Assembly: GCA_022709735.1 (NCBI GenBank)
Contig: JAKLIG010000001.1
Coordinates: 20,135-84,134 of the forward strand
Reading direction: 5' to 3'
DNA length: 64,000 bases
Origin: Patescibacteria group bacterium
GTDB taxonomy: Bacteria; Patescibacteriota; Minisyncoccia; Moranbacterales; UBA2206
Part shown: piece after piece, positions 52,352 to 62,076 of the stretch
Numbering within the stretch: the first letter of the stretch is position 1
How the letters are laid out: each line of letters opens with the position of its first letter
The notes under the pieces: model-generated
Databases searched by the model: none
What the model was told of the DNA's origin: nothing
Seen by the model: only the letters and a program-made list of their open reading frames with translations
Program-made: the position numbers and the translations under genes

Positions 52352-52456
52352 TCAATGATCAATTTTCAATGAATTTTCAATTATATAATTTTCAAATTAA
52401 AAAATTGAAAATTGTAAATTGATTGTAAATTGAAAATTGTAAATTGAAAATTTAAG
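52341..52456. repeat. Inverted TTCAAT / ATTGAAA mini-repeat hairpin element between GT4 and holB
   Basis: caatgatcaattttcaatgaattttcaatt...aaaaaattgaaaattgtaaattgattgtaaattgaaaattgtaaattgaaaattt. Confidence 0.7.
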
Positions 52457-52457
52457 A

Positions 52458-53336
52458 ATGCAAATTATTGGTCACAATAAAATAATAAAATATTTAGATA
52501 AAGCTATCGCTAAGGATATGATATCCCAGGCTTATCTTTTTTCTGGCCCGGCACATTTAGGGAAATTTACCCTTGCGTTGGAATTTGCCAAAAAAATAAC
52601 TGGCGGGCTGGATCGCAAAATCAACCCAGATATAATAATAATTTCTCCCGAAACGGAAGAAAAAAACGGGAATGTGAAAAAGAAAGATATAAAAATAGAA
52701 AAAATTAGAGAATTAGAACACGAGCTGAGTCTTACCGCTTATTTTGGAAAACATAAAGTCGTGATAATTGATGAGGCACAGCATCTAACGATTTCTTCCC
52801 AAAATGCACTGCTTAAGACCTTGGAAGAACCGCCTCAAAAAGCCGTTATAATCTTGATTGCAGAAAATCCGAATAAAATTATTTCAACAATCAAATCCAG
52901 ATGCGTTATTAAAAAATTCAGTTTAGTCAAGAAATCTGAAATAGATGCAATAATTTCTTCAAAAAATAACGCAGAGGATATAGGATTTTTGTCGCTTAGC
53001 CGTCCGGGATTGGCTATTAATCTTTCTAAAGACAGGGGAGAGTTGGAAAAACGCCAAAAAGCCCGGGAAGATTTGAAAAAAATGTTTGAGATGAATTTGA
53101 GTGAAAAGTTTTCTTTTTGTGAAGAGCTAAGCAAAAATGTTCCGGAAATGATTGAAAAATTGAATTTCTGGCTGGCGCTACTTCGAAAAAATATTTTAGA
53201 AAATTGCAAAATTTTCAATCTTGATCAAAAAAAATCGCTGGCGCTTATTTTGAATATTGAAAAAAGTCTCAAAATATTAAACGAAACTAATTCCAACTCG
53301 AAATTGGTGATGGAAAATTTAGCGTTAGAAATATAA
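52458..53336 (+). CDS. holB: DNA polymerase III delta' subunit-like (HolB, AAA+ clamp-loader)
   Basis: AYLFSGPAHLGKFTLALEFAK Walker A-like P-loop and VVIIDEAQHLT DExx box. 292 aa. Confidence 0.75.
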   Translation: MQIIGHNKIIKYLDKAIAKDMISQAYLFSGPAHLGKFTLALEFAKKITGGLDRKINPDIIIISPETEEKNGNVKKKDIKIEKIRELEHELSLTAYFGKHKVVIIDEAQHLTISSQNALLKTLEEPPQKAVIILIAENPNKIISTIKSRCVIKKFSLVKKSEIDAIISSKNNAEDIGFLSLSRPGLAINLSKDRGELEKRQKAREDLKKMFEMNLSEKFSFCEELSKNVPEMIEKLNFWLALLRKNILENCKIFNLDQKKSLALILNIEKSLKILNETNSNSKLVMENLALEI

Positions 53337-53337
53337 A

Positions 53338-54261
53338 ATGCTTAGTCCAAAAAGACAATCTTTGATCACAAATAGGAAACGAAAGAGCTTTTCCTTTCTT
53401 CGTTTTTTGTTTTTTCTCATCCTCTTGGCTTTTTTGGGAGTATCAATTTATACCTTATTTTTTTCTCCATTTTTGGAAATTACTGCGATAAATATAAGCG
53501 GGAATAAATCCATAAAAGAGGAGTTGATTTTAGAAAAAATAAATCCGCAAATTTCCGGGAAATATTTGAATTATATAAACAAAGATAATTTGCTTCTGAT
53601 AAGAACTGGAAAAATAAAAAAAGATATTCTGGAAAGTTTCAAAATAATAAGAAGCGTTGAAACGAAAAGAAAATTTCCTTCCGGACTGGAAGTTCAAATT
53701 TTTGAACGAGAACCAAAGCTTGTGTTTTGCGGAGCCGGAGAATGCTTTATTTTGGATGAAAATGAGGAGGCTTATGACAGGTATGCTTTAAATGAAGAAG
53801 GGGGAAAGAATAATTTTATTGTGCTCACTGATGAAAGCGCGAAAAAAATAAATTTAGGGGATTTTGTTTTGGAAAAAAATTATATGGAATATATTTTGGA
53901 AATTCGGGATAAGCTGAAAGAGAAAACTGATTTGGAAATTGAAAATAATTTTATGACGCCGAGCCTTATCTCCAAAGATATTCGAGTGAAAACGAAAGAG
54001 GGCTGGGAAATATATTTCAATCAAGATATTTCGCTTGAAAAAGAAGGAGAAATGCTCAAAGCAATTTTGGATAAGAAAGTCGAAAAAGATCAGCGCGCGG
54101 ATTTGGAATATGTGGATCTTCGAATAGACAACAAGGTTTTTTATAAATTCAAAGACGGCACCGCTTCGCAAATTGCGAAAGCTAAAGCCGAAGAAGCCTT
54201 GCAAAACCCAGCGTCAGCTAACGCAGTAGCAGGAAAAGACAAAGAGAAGAAAAAAGATTAA
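53338..54261 (+). CDS. Cell division protein FtsQ/DivIB-like (N-terminal TM + POTRA)
   Basis: N-terminal basic segment, single TM, POTRA-like LEITAINISGNKSIKEELILEKI. Placement after holB and near mreB/murA. Confidence 0.65.
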   Translation: MLSPKRQSLITNRKRKSFSFLRFLFFLILLAFLGVSIYTLFFSPFLEITAINISGNKSIKEELILEKINPQISGKYLNYINKDNLLLIRTGKIKKDILESFKIIRSVETKRKFPSGLEVQIFEREPKLVFCGAGECFILDENEEAYDRYALNEEGGKNNFIVLTDESAKKINLGDFVLEKNYMEYILEIRDKLKEKTDLEIENNFMTPSLISKDIRVKTKEGWEIYFNQDISLEKEGEMLKAILDKKVEKDQRADLEYVDLRIDNKVFYKFKDGTASQIAKAKAEEALQNPASANAVAGKDKEKKKD

Positions 54262-54405
54262 AGTAGTTGTATTTAAACAAATAATTAATACGATTTTTGA
54301 CTTTTAAAGGTGGTTGTGCTACATTGTTTTAAGTATTGAAAGTATAATAGTTAAGGAGAAAAAAAGTTATTTAAAAAATTTTAGAATCGGAAAAGGAGAC
54401 CGACT

Positions 54406-54909
54406 ATGTTAAAGTTAAAGAGCATGTTTGAGAAATTAAAACCGCTTTTTATTGATTATTGCGATGGTTTAGAAACTTTTACGAATTTACGGGCGGAGGA
54501 AGTTTTTGATGGTGGCATGGACATCAATGTCGGCTTTTATTTGGATAAAGATGATGGGTATGCTACAGCCAGAACGTCGGTTAAAGTATATAGGTCGATA
54601 GAAGATATTTCCCTTACTTTTTCACAGCTTTTTGGTTTGTTTTCAAGGGGGGATATCAACGAACTTCGATTCACGCAAGCCCAGGTTATAGGGTTTGCAA
54701 GAAAGTATTATGAATGGCTGAAAACTGATTATGGTTCTGTTACTTTCTTTCTTTGTAAGTCCCGAAAACATTTTCTCATCGCTCATACGTTCTTCAATGC
54801 CAGCGCTCTGCTTCGCTTAGGAGGCATCGTCCCTTTCGGAGACGACACCGTCTATAATTTTGCCAAAGGAAAATGCCGGGTTGTCATTCCGCGCCTGGTA
54901 AAAAAATAA
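54406..54909 (+). CDS. Hypothetical protein (no recognisable domain)
   Basis: 167-aa ORF with RBS-like GGAGA upstream and a strong terminator downstream. Confidence 0.5.
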   Translation: MLKLKSMFEKLKPLFIDYCDGLETFTNLRAEEVFDGGMDINVGFYLDKDDGYATARTSVKVYRSIEDISLTFSQLFGLFSRGDINELRFTQAQVIGFARKYYEWLKTDYGSVTFFLCKSRKHFLIAHTFFNASALLRLGGIVPFGDDTVYNFAKGKCRVVIPRLVKK

Positions 54910-54927
54910 AACTCTATAACTTGACCC

Positions 54928-54969
54928 CCCTCGGATTCTTTGAAACTTCGAATCCGAGGGATTTTTTTT
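54928..54969. terminator. Bidirectional rho-independent terminator between convergent genes
   Basis: CCCTCGGATTC-tttgaaacttc-GAATCCGAGGG followed by a T8 run. Confidence 0.7.
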
Positions 54970-56872
54970 ATTGTAAATTTATTTTAGTAGCTTCTTCTGG
55001 CGTTACATAATAAAGAAAAATTGATGTTCCGACTTGACTGAAGGGCTGCATATTTTTTAACCAACGATAACTTTCATTGTCAGGTACATTTTTATTATAA
55101 ATTCCTTCTTGTAGAAAAAGAGCGGAAATAGCATACCAACCAGGTTCGACTGGTCTTTTTGCTTTCCACCAAGGCAGGTAGCTATTTCTTAGATAATATC
55201 CTGCATCAGCCATTCCAAAATAATCAACACGAATTTTTTCTATCGGCGGAAGACTTGGATCATAAATTTTGCAGAAAGAATCCAAAGAATTTTCCGGGCA
55301 CCAATTATAGCGGTCAGTGAAATTTTTCAGTCTTTTCAAATCCTGCCCCCAATCGGCGTTGGAATCAGTTGCATATTGGTAGCCGTTTTTTGGTCCGCCG
55401 ACCAATTGATTGAAATACGACATATAATAAGGATAAGAACCAACCGTTTCCAATGTTAAGGATAAGAGCATAAGGCCGATGACAATTTTCCAAATTAATT
55501 TTGTGTGGCTGTTAGCTCGCTTTAAAAAGTCAAAAATAACTTTAGCGGTGAGAATATAGATGAAAGGCAAAATAGGGAAAAGATGGCGAAACCCGATATT
55601 CAGCCGGCCGGTGATACTGGTGATTGAATAAGTGATTATGAATATCAAAAGAGAAAAGCCAACAATATTAGTTCGCAGATAATAAGCAAAAATTGAAATC
55701 AGATTTTTGAAAAAATCTTTTGAGGAGCTGAAAATATTTTTCAGCGTGCCAAAAAAAGATATTCCCAAGGCCAGGAAAATGAAAAATAAAATTGCCAAAG
55801 GTTCCTTGATCAAAAAGACAATTGGGAAATAGGAGAAGAAGCCTTGCGTATTGATTTCTCCCATAAAATAGGTGACATTTCCGCCGGCTACTCTTTGAAA
55901 TACGCGTGCTATGCCGAAAAAATATTCTGCCAATGGTCGCAGAATAAAATGATCATTCATATAAAACAAAACTTGGCGGGAATAAACAGCTTTGAGATTT
56001 GTATCTTCAGAATGAAAATAATAATTTATAGTTTCCGGAAGCTTGCTTTCCGGCATGGCGTAAGTGTTGAAATAATAAGCTATCCAAACTAGGATCAAGG
56101 AAAAAGCGAACATTACAATGCCTCGACCCAAATATTTTCCCAAGGTTTTAATTTTAAATTTAATCTCGCCTTTTTCGTGATGACTTTTATTTCTTATTAA
56201 AGGATAAATTATTATGACTAGGCCAAAAACCGGAAAGGCAATCACGGAAGAAAATTTTGCTAGTTGCATGAGCGCTAAAAAAAATCCGGATACGAAAACA
56301 TTTTTCCAGGTTGGTTCTTTTATGAAACGCAAAAAATAATAAAAGGAAAAAGTTATAAAAGCGGCAATGCCAAGATCGGTGGTGACAAAATGATTGTGGC
56401 CCAAGACATTCGGGTCGAGTCCATAAAGCAAAAGAGCAAAAAGTCCAGCGCCCAGCCCGGCTAATTCCCGAGTCCACTTGAAAATAAGAAGGCCTAAAAG
56501 CAAAGAAATTATAATGATTGGCAGGCGCGACCAAAAAACTATCCGGTTGGGATCATTTCCTGCATTAAAAAGAAAATATTTTCCGGCATTCCATTGGGCA
56601 TCATTTGGATTTTCATCCCAAAAGGATTGGTTGGTGTCGAAATTTAAATCCATAAAAAGCAAAGGAACGGCTGATAAATCCTTGATGAGTGGCGGATGTT
56701 CCGGATTAAGCCGGAAATCATGCTCTGTAAGATAACTATAGGAGGCTGGGATATGCGCGGCTTCATCATATATCAGACTGTCGTTTTTGGCGTTTAAAAC
56801 TGAAACAATCGCGACGAATCCCAAAATCGCAATAATTATTTTTTTATAATTTTTTTCGATAAATATTTTCAT
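54968..56872 (-). CDS. Glycosyltransferase family 39/83-like (ArnT/PMT-type, lipid-carrier-dependent) membrane protein
   Basis: YDEAAHIPASYSYL...PEHPPLIK matches the GT39/ArnT N-terminal motif (DE..H...A..Y....HPPL). More than 10 TM. Confidence 0.8.
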   Translation of the reverse strand: MKIFIEKNYKKIIIAILGFVAIVSVLNAKNDSLIYDEAAHIPASYSYLTEHDFRLNPEHPPLIKDLSAVPLLFMDLNFDTNQSFWDENPNDAQWNAGKYFLFNAGNDPNRIVFWSRLPIIIISLLLGLLIFKWTRELAGLGAGLFALLLYGLDPNVLGHNHFVTTDLGIAAFITFSFYYFLRFIKEPTWKNVFVSGFFLALMQLAKFSSVIAFPVFGLVIIIYPLIRNKSHHEKGEIKFKIKTLGKYLGRGIVMFAFSLILVWIAYYFNTYAMPESKLPETINYYFHSEDTNLKAVYSRQVLFYMNDHFILRPLAEYFFGIARVFQRVAGGNVTYFMGEINTQGFFSYFPIVFLIKEPLAILFFIFLALGISFFGTLKNIFSSSKDFFKNLISIFAYYLRTNIVGFSLLIFIITYSITSITGRLNIGFRHLFPILPFIYILTAKVIFDFLKRANSHTKLIWKIVIGLMLLSLTLETVGSYPYYMSYFNQLVGGPKNGYQYATDSNADWGQDLKRLKNFTDRYNWCPENSLDSFCKIYDPSLPPIEKIRVDYFGMADAGYYLRNSYLPWWKAKRPVEPGWYAISALFLQEGIYNKNVPDNESYRWLKNMQPFSQVGTSIFLYYVTPEEATKINLQ

Positions 56873-57041
56873 AATTATTTTTTGATTATTTTGAATATTC
56901 CAAAAATAAAAAATCCATAAGCGATATAATCAAATGAACGGGGGACAAGCGGACTGCTACTTATGAGATGCCAATAATTAGCCAAGATCAGAAGGATTGT
57001 TGAAACCGCAAATATTTGATATTTTTCCATATTTTTTATAA

Positions 57042-58547
57042 TTAAAATTTATAAATCAAAACATTTTTATAGCGATCGACTAAATTCAAGCTGTCCTTTT
57101 TGAAATCAAAAGTTTTGTCGCTTCGATATTCTCTTTTGGCTTGAACATTATAAATAATCAGAGCGTTCGGATCATTTTTTATATCATCATAATTTTCTGT
57201 TCTCTTGAGATCTGATCCAATGGCCGCCCAAAAATAAGGATTATACTGTGGCCAGTCGATATTGTATAACGTGAGTCTTTCTCCGCCCAAATAATATTTG
57301 GCAATGACATAGTCAAAAGAATTCAGGGAATAGAAATTTTTCCCGTTGTATTTTTGAAGATTATTAGTCATAGCGTGCCAACCTTCAGAAGCTTGCACCG
57401 GGACCATTGCAAAATATAGGAGGAAAAGATAAAAAAGTATGATTGAAAAAGAATAACGAAAGCGGATGCCGGAAAGCCAACGAGCAACAAGAATAAAAAT
57501 AAAATAATTAGCCGGCATGAGATATCTTGGAACAAAATATTGGCTTCCGGCCAGAGAAACAAAATAAACTATCAGCATAAAGCCCAAAGAAAGAGAGGAT
57601 ACGATCAATGTTTTTCGAATTTCTTTTTTGAAAAATAGCAAATAAATTAGAAGGCTGGTAAAAAAAATGGCGACAAGGACAAGCACAGTGGACGGGTATG
57701 TATTTTTGAGCACATTGGGGCTGGGCATTCCGGCAGACATTTCTCCCGGCGGAATGCCGAAAATGAACATTTGAATATTATAAAAAACATCGCTGAAAGC
57801 CACCGGTTTTATCCAGTCAAGATCGGCCGCCGAAAGACTTTTCAAAAAATTCAATATCCAGGGAGAAAAAGTTAAAAGAGCCAAAAAATAACCCGAAATA
57901 AGTTTGACGCCAGGAAGTAAGAGCTTGAAATAATGCAAGATTTTATTTTTTAATTTTTTGGATTTTGGAAAATTGAAATTCCAAGCTAAAAAGACAAGAT
58001 AAAAAACTATGATAAATACAAAACTCATAAAATGCGTCAGGGCGGAAACTCCCAAGAAAAATCCCCAAAGAAGATAAAATTTATATTCTTTAGTTTTTAG
58101 CGCTCTTAGAAAAAAATAGGAAGAGAGAATTATAAAAAAACAATACATCGTATACATTCTGGCTTCCTGGGAATATTGAATAGCAAACGGTCCGATGGCC
58201 GAAAGAAAACTAGTCCAAAGCGCAGTTTTTTTGTCAAAAAGTTCAAGCGCAAAGAAATAAATAGCAACCAGGCAGAGAACGCCAAAAATAGCAGAAAAGA
58301 GGCGAATTCCAAAAGCATTATAATTCCAAAGAGCAGAAAAATATTTGACTAAAATATAATAAAGCGGAGGATGAACATCATTGGTGATAATTTTCATCAT
58401 TCCGGAAAAATTGTCGCGAATAGTTATGCCGGTAAAAGCCTCATCATACCAAAAATCTCTTTTGGAAATATTAACAATTCGCAAGAGTGAGCCAAGTGCG
58501 ATTATTGAAAATAGAATAATTTGATTTTTGTATTTGGACATATTCAT
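57042..58547 (-). CDS. Glycosyltransferase family 39/83-like (ArnT/PMT-type) membrane protein, paralog
   Basis: FWYDEAFTGITIRD...VHPPLYY. Start set to the ATG at 58547 (MNMSKYKN); the ORF-track start at 58583 is a GTG. Confidence 0.8.
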   Translation of the reverse strand: MNMSKYKNQIILFSIIALGSLLRIVNISKRDFWYDEAFTGITIRDNFSGMMKIITNDVHPPLYYILVKYFSALWNYNAFGIRLFSAIFGVLCLVAIYFFALELFDKKTALWTSFLSAIGPFAIQYSQEARMYTMYCFFIILSSYFFLRALKTKEYKFYLLWGFFLGVSALTHFMSFVFIIVFYLVFLAWNFNFPKSKKLKNKILHYFKLLLPGVKLISGYFLALLTFSPWILNFLKSLSAADLDWIKPVAFSDVFYNIQMFIFGIPPGEMSAGMPSPNVLKNTYPSTVLVLVAIFFTSLLIYLLFFKKEIRKTLIVSSLSLGFMLIVYFVSLAGSQYFVPRYLMPANYFIFILVARWLSGIRFRYSFSIILFYLFLLYFAMVPVQASEGWHAMTNNLQKYNGKNFYSLNSFDYVIAKYYLGGERLTLYNIDWPQYNPYFWAAIGSDLKRTENYDDIKNDPNALIIYNVQAKREYRSDKTFDFKKDSLNLVDRYKNVLIYKF

Positions 58548-58666
58548 GATACAAATTATACCACAAAATCTTGTTATCCACACGGCTATGTTTAAAAGGT
58601 AATTTTTGGTGTATAATAATATAAAGAGGAGGAGTTTAATTTTATTAAATACAAAATTATAATCAT

Positions 58667-59116
58667 ATGGCTGATGAAATAATTTCTAATCTCGAACCGA
58701 TTGAGGAAAGCGATCTTAGTCTCAAGGAAAAATTTACTGGCGGAGGCAAGGCAGAAAAATTTCCGCAGGAAAATGTAGAAACTGTTTCTCCTGCTTCGGA
58801 ACAAGCAGAAAAAAAAGAAGGCGCAGTTGAAAAAGAAACGGCTTATTCTAAGATTCTTTCCAAAATTCCGACTCAAAGCCAGAAAGTGCAAACCGATGAA
58901 GTGGCCGAAGATGCAACTTCGGCGAATGTTGGGATTGACGCAGAAAGCAAAATAAATAATTTAGTAAAAATTGCCGAGACGAAGGGAATAGCGCATGCCG
59001 TGAGCGTTGCCCGTCATATGGAAGATAATTATACGCTGGACGAATTCCATGATCGCTTGCTTTCTGAAGAACTCCACAGTGCGCTGATTGCCAAGGGAAT
59101 GATAAAAGAGATATAG
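58667..59116 (+). CDS. Hypothetical acidic protein
   Basis: 149 aa, Glu/Lys-rich, no recognisable motif. Confidence 0.5.
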   Translation: MADEIISNLEPIEESDLSLKEKFTGGGKAEKFPQENVETVSPASEQAEKKEGAVEKETAYSKILSKIPTQSQKVQTDEVAEDATSANVGIDAESKINNLVKIAETKGIAHAVSVARHMEDNYTLDEFHDRLLSEELHSALIAKGMIKEI

Positions 59117-59148
59117 TCGCTGATTTAAAATAAAAATTAATATAAAAA

Positions 59149-61629
59149 ATGGAATTAAATACAATTTTAATTTATCTGGTTTATTTTTCTGCGCTAGCGT
59201 CAATCATAAGCGGAGCGCTTTTGGTGGTTCAAAGTTTTTTTGGATTTCGCGCTCAAATTAATCAATCGATGAATTTGGATTTGGAAATAATCAGAGTCTC
59301 AAAAAATGAACAGCCCAAAGAAACAGAAAATCGGAAAACCCAGGAAATGTGGAAAGAAGAAATCGGTGCGATGGAACAGCTTTTGATGTCGCTTTCAGCG
59401 GTTAACGACCGGCGAAATTTTTTCAAGCGCTTGATTTTTGGTTCGCCTTCAATCAGTTTTGAAATTGCCAATAGCGCGAAAAGCGAAGAAATAATTTTTT
59501 ATGTTGCCATCCCGAAAAAATTTCGCGAATCAATTGAAAAACAAATTCATAGTTTTTTTCCCAATGCAATGATGGAAAAATCTCAAGATTATAACATTTT
59601 CTTTCCAGGAAGCGTGACTTCTGCTTCAATAATAAAACTTAAAAATAAATTTACTTTGCCGATTCGAACTTATGAAAATATGGAAGTTGATCCGCTGAAC
59701 GAAATAACAAACGCACTAAGTAGATTAGAAACGGAAAACGAGGGGGCGGCGATCCAAATAGTTATGCGACCGGCTGGAATTAAATGGCGCACCAAGGGAA
59801 GATATATTGCTCAGCAAATGCAACAAGGAAAAAGATATCGAGAAGCCAGTCAATCAGCTCTTTATAAAGCTTCTACTGGACTCGGAAAGAGTATGGCCGA
59901 AACGTTTATTTCCACCAAAAAAGAAAATAATTCGATTAATAATGAGCCAAAGCCAGTCCAGCTCACACCGGAAGAGCAAGAACTAGTGAAAAGTATTGAA
60001 AATAAAGCTAGTAAAACCGGATATAAAGTCAATATCCGGCTGGTTGCTTCCAGCGCCAGCGAAGAAAGATCGCAAGATATTTTAGCACATATGGAAAATG
60101 CTTTTTCTCAATATGAAAATGGCGATAGAAATTGTTTTCAAGTGAAGAGGATAAACAAGAAAGATATCGCTTATAATTTTATTTTCCGAAATTTTATTCC
60201 AGAAGAATCAATGATACTAAACAATGAAGAAATTGCCAGTATTTTTCATTTGCCAATTTCCACCACCGAGACGCCAAAAATAAAATGGTTGAAAGCCAAT
60301 TCTGCTCCGCCGCCGATTGATATTCCGATGAAAAACGAAAAAACTATAACGCTTGGATTTAATGATTATCGTGGAGCAAACACGGAAATACGAATGCTGG
60401 AATCTGATCGCTGGCGCCATCTGTATACAATCGGACAAACTGGCGCGGGAAAATCTAATTTTCTTCAAGAACTGGCCAAGCAAGACGCCAGAGAGGGAAG
60501 AGGTTTTTGTTTTATCGATCCGCATGGCGATGCAGTTGAAGATATTCTGACTGCCATTCCAAAAGAGCGAGCAGAGGATGTGATTATTTTTGATCCTTCT
60601 GATACAGAACGGCCGTTCGGACTCAATATGATGGAATATGATGAAACGCATCCGGAACAAAAAACTTTTGTGATCAATGAAATGATTGGAATTTTTGATC
60701 AATTGTATGATCTTAAGGCGACAGGCGGGCCGATGTTTGAACAATATATGCGAAATGCAATGCTTCTGGTTATGGAAAGCCCGGAAACCGGTTCGACGCT
60801 TATGGAAATCCCAAAAGTTTTAGCGGATGAAGAATTTCGTGCGATGAAAATTTCCAAATGCCAAAATCCGATTGTAGTTGATTTTTGGACCAAGGAAGCT
60901 GAGAAGGCTGGCGGAGAAGCGGCACTGGCCAATATGGTGCCTTACATCACTTCCAAGCTCACTACTTTCATTGCTAACGATATGATGCGTCCGATTATCG
61001 CTCAGCAGAAATCAACGATAAATTTCAGAGAAGTAATGGATAACAAAAAAATTCTGCTGATAAATCTTTCCAAGGGGAAAATCGGAGAAATAAATGCTCG
61101 GCTTCTTGGCATGGTGATAGTGGGGAAAATTTTAATGGCCGCGCTTTCTCGAGTGGATACGCCGGAAGACGAGCGAAAAGACTTTTATCTATATTTAGAC
61201 GAATTCCAAAATGTCACCACCAATTCTATTGCGCAAATACTTAGCGAAGCTAGAAAATATCATTTGTGCTTGGTTTTAGCTCATCAATTTATCGGACAAC
61301 TCAAGGAAGAAATTTCCAAGGCGGTGTTTGGAAATGTCGGATCGATGGTAATTTTTAGAGTCGGTCCGGAAGACGCTGAATTTTTGGAAAAACAATTAGC
61401 GCCGACTTTTTCCAAAAAAGATTTAGTAAATGTTGATAACTATAATGCGTTTGCGAGAATTTTGGTTAATAATATTTTAACAAAACCTTTTAATATCAAA
61501 ACTTATCCGCCGACTCGGGGCGATCAGGAAGTTGCCAATGCGCTCAAGGAACTTTCACGCTTGAAATACGGTCGGGACAAAAATATCGTCAATCGGGAAA
61601 TCATGGAAAGGACGAAAATGAAATTATAA
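59149..61629 (+). CDS. Membrane-anchored P-loop ATPase of the VirD4/TraG/TraD-like (type IV secretion DNA-translocation 'coupling protein') family, putative
   Basis: N-terminal TM. Walker A GQTGAGKSNF, Walker B YLYLDEFQNV, followed by LAHQ. Architecture and length (826 aa) match T4SS-DNA_transf-type proteins. Family call from motifs only. Confidence 0.55.
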   Translation: MELNTILIYLVYFSALASIISGALLVVQSFFGFRAQINQSMNLDLEIIRVSKNEQPKETENRKTQEMWKEEIGAMEQLLMSLSAVNDRRNFFKRLIFGSPSISFEIANSAKSEEIIFYVAIPKKFRESIEKQIHSFFPNAMMEKSQDYNIFFPGSVTSASIIKLKNKFTLPIRTYENMEVDPLNEITNALSRLETENEGAAIQIVMRPAGIKWRTKGRYIAQQMQQGKRYREASQSALYKASTGLGKSMAETFISTKKENNSINNEPKPVQLTPEEQELVKSIENKASKTGYKVNIRLVASSASEERSQDILAHMENAFSQYENGDRNCFQVKRINKKDIAYNFIFRNFIPEESMILNNEEIASIFHLPISTTETPKIKWLKANSAPPPIDIPMKNEKTITLGFNDYRGANTEIRMLESDRWRHLYTIGQTGAGKSNFLQELAKQDAREGRGFCFIDPHGDAVEDILTAIPKERAEDVIIFDPSDTERPFGLNMMEYDETHPEQKTFVINEMIGIFDQLYDLKATGGPMFEQYMRNAMLLVMESPETGSTLMEIPKVLADEEFRAMKISKCQNPIVVDFWTKEAEKAGGEAALANMVPYITSKLTTFIANDMMRPIIAQQKSTINFREVMDNKKILLINLSKGKIGEINARLLGMVIVGKILMAALSRVDTPEDERKDFYLYLDEFQNVTTNSIAQILSEARKYHLCLVLAHQFIGQLKEEISKAVFGNVGSMVIFRVGPEDAEFLEKQLAPTFSKKDLVNVDNYNAFARILVNNILTKPFNIKTYPPTRGDQEVANALKELSRLKYGRDKNIVNREIMERTKMKL

Positions 61630-61791
61630 ACTTCAAAAAGTTATCCACAGGGGAGGGGTTGCAGTGTTTTCATATCACTGGTATAATATCACTGTGAGAT
61701 TTTTAATTACTGCAGAATTAAAATCTCCTATTAATTATTAAGATATAACCACTTTATATTTTAAACTTAATAATAAGGTGGTAAAAAAACA

Positions 61792-62019
61792 ATGCAAAGC
61801 ACAAGTGAAAAGGAGAAAGTATTCTCCAAAATGCTTCGGGCGGGGAAGAAAAATTATTTCTTCGATGTCAAAAAAGCATCAAATGGAAGCAATTATTTGA
61901 CCATTGCCGAATCGTATCTTGGGAAAGACGGACAAAAAGTAATCAACCGGATTATGATTTTCAAAGATCATTTCTCGGAATTCGGCAATAATCTTTTGGA
62001 ACTCAAACAGTATTTCTAG
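61792..62019 (+). CDS. Small Pur-alpha-like (DUF3276-type) nucleic-acid-binding protein, putative
   Basis: KMLRAGKKNYFFDVKKASNGSNYLTIAES resembles the bacterial Pur-alpha repeat (..R.YFFDVK....G..YLTI.ES). Confidence 0.5.
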   Translation: MQSTSEKEKVFSKMLRAGKKNYFFDVKKASNGSNYLTIAESYLGKDGQKVINRIMIFKDHFSEFGNNLLELKQYF

Positions 62020-62030
62020 ATAAAAGAAAA

Positions 62031-62066
62031 AGCGGGCTGCCTGATTTATGGGCAGTCCGCTTTTAT
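62031..62066. terminator. Bidirectional terminator hairpin between convergent genes
   Basis: AGCGGGCTGCC-tgatttatg-GGCAGTCCGCTTTT. Confidence 0.55.
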
Positions 62067-62076
62067 AATATTTATT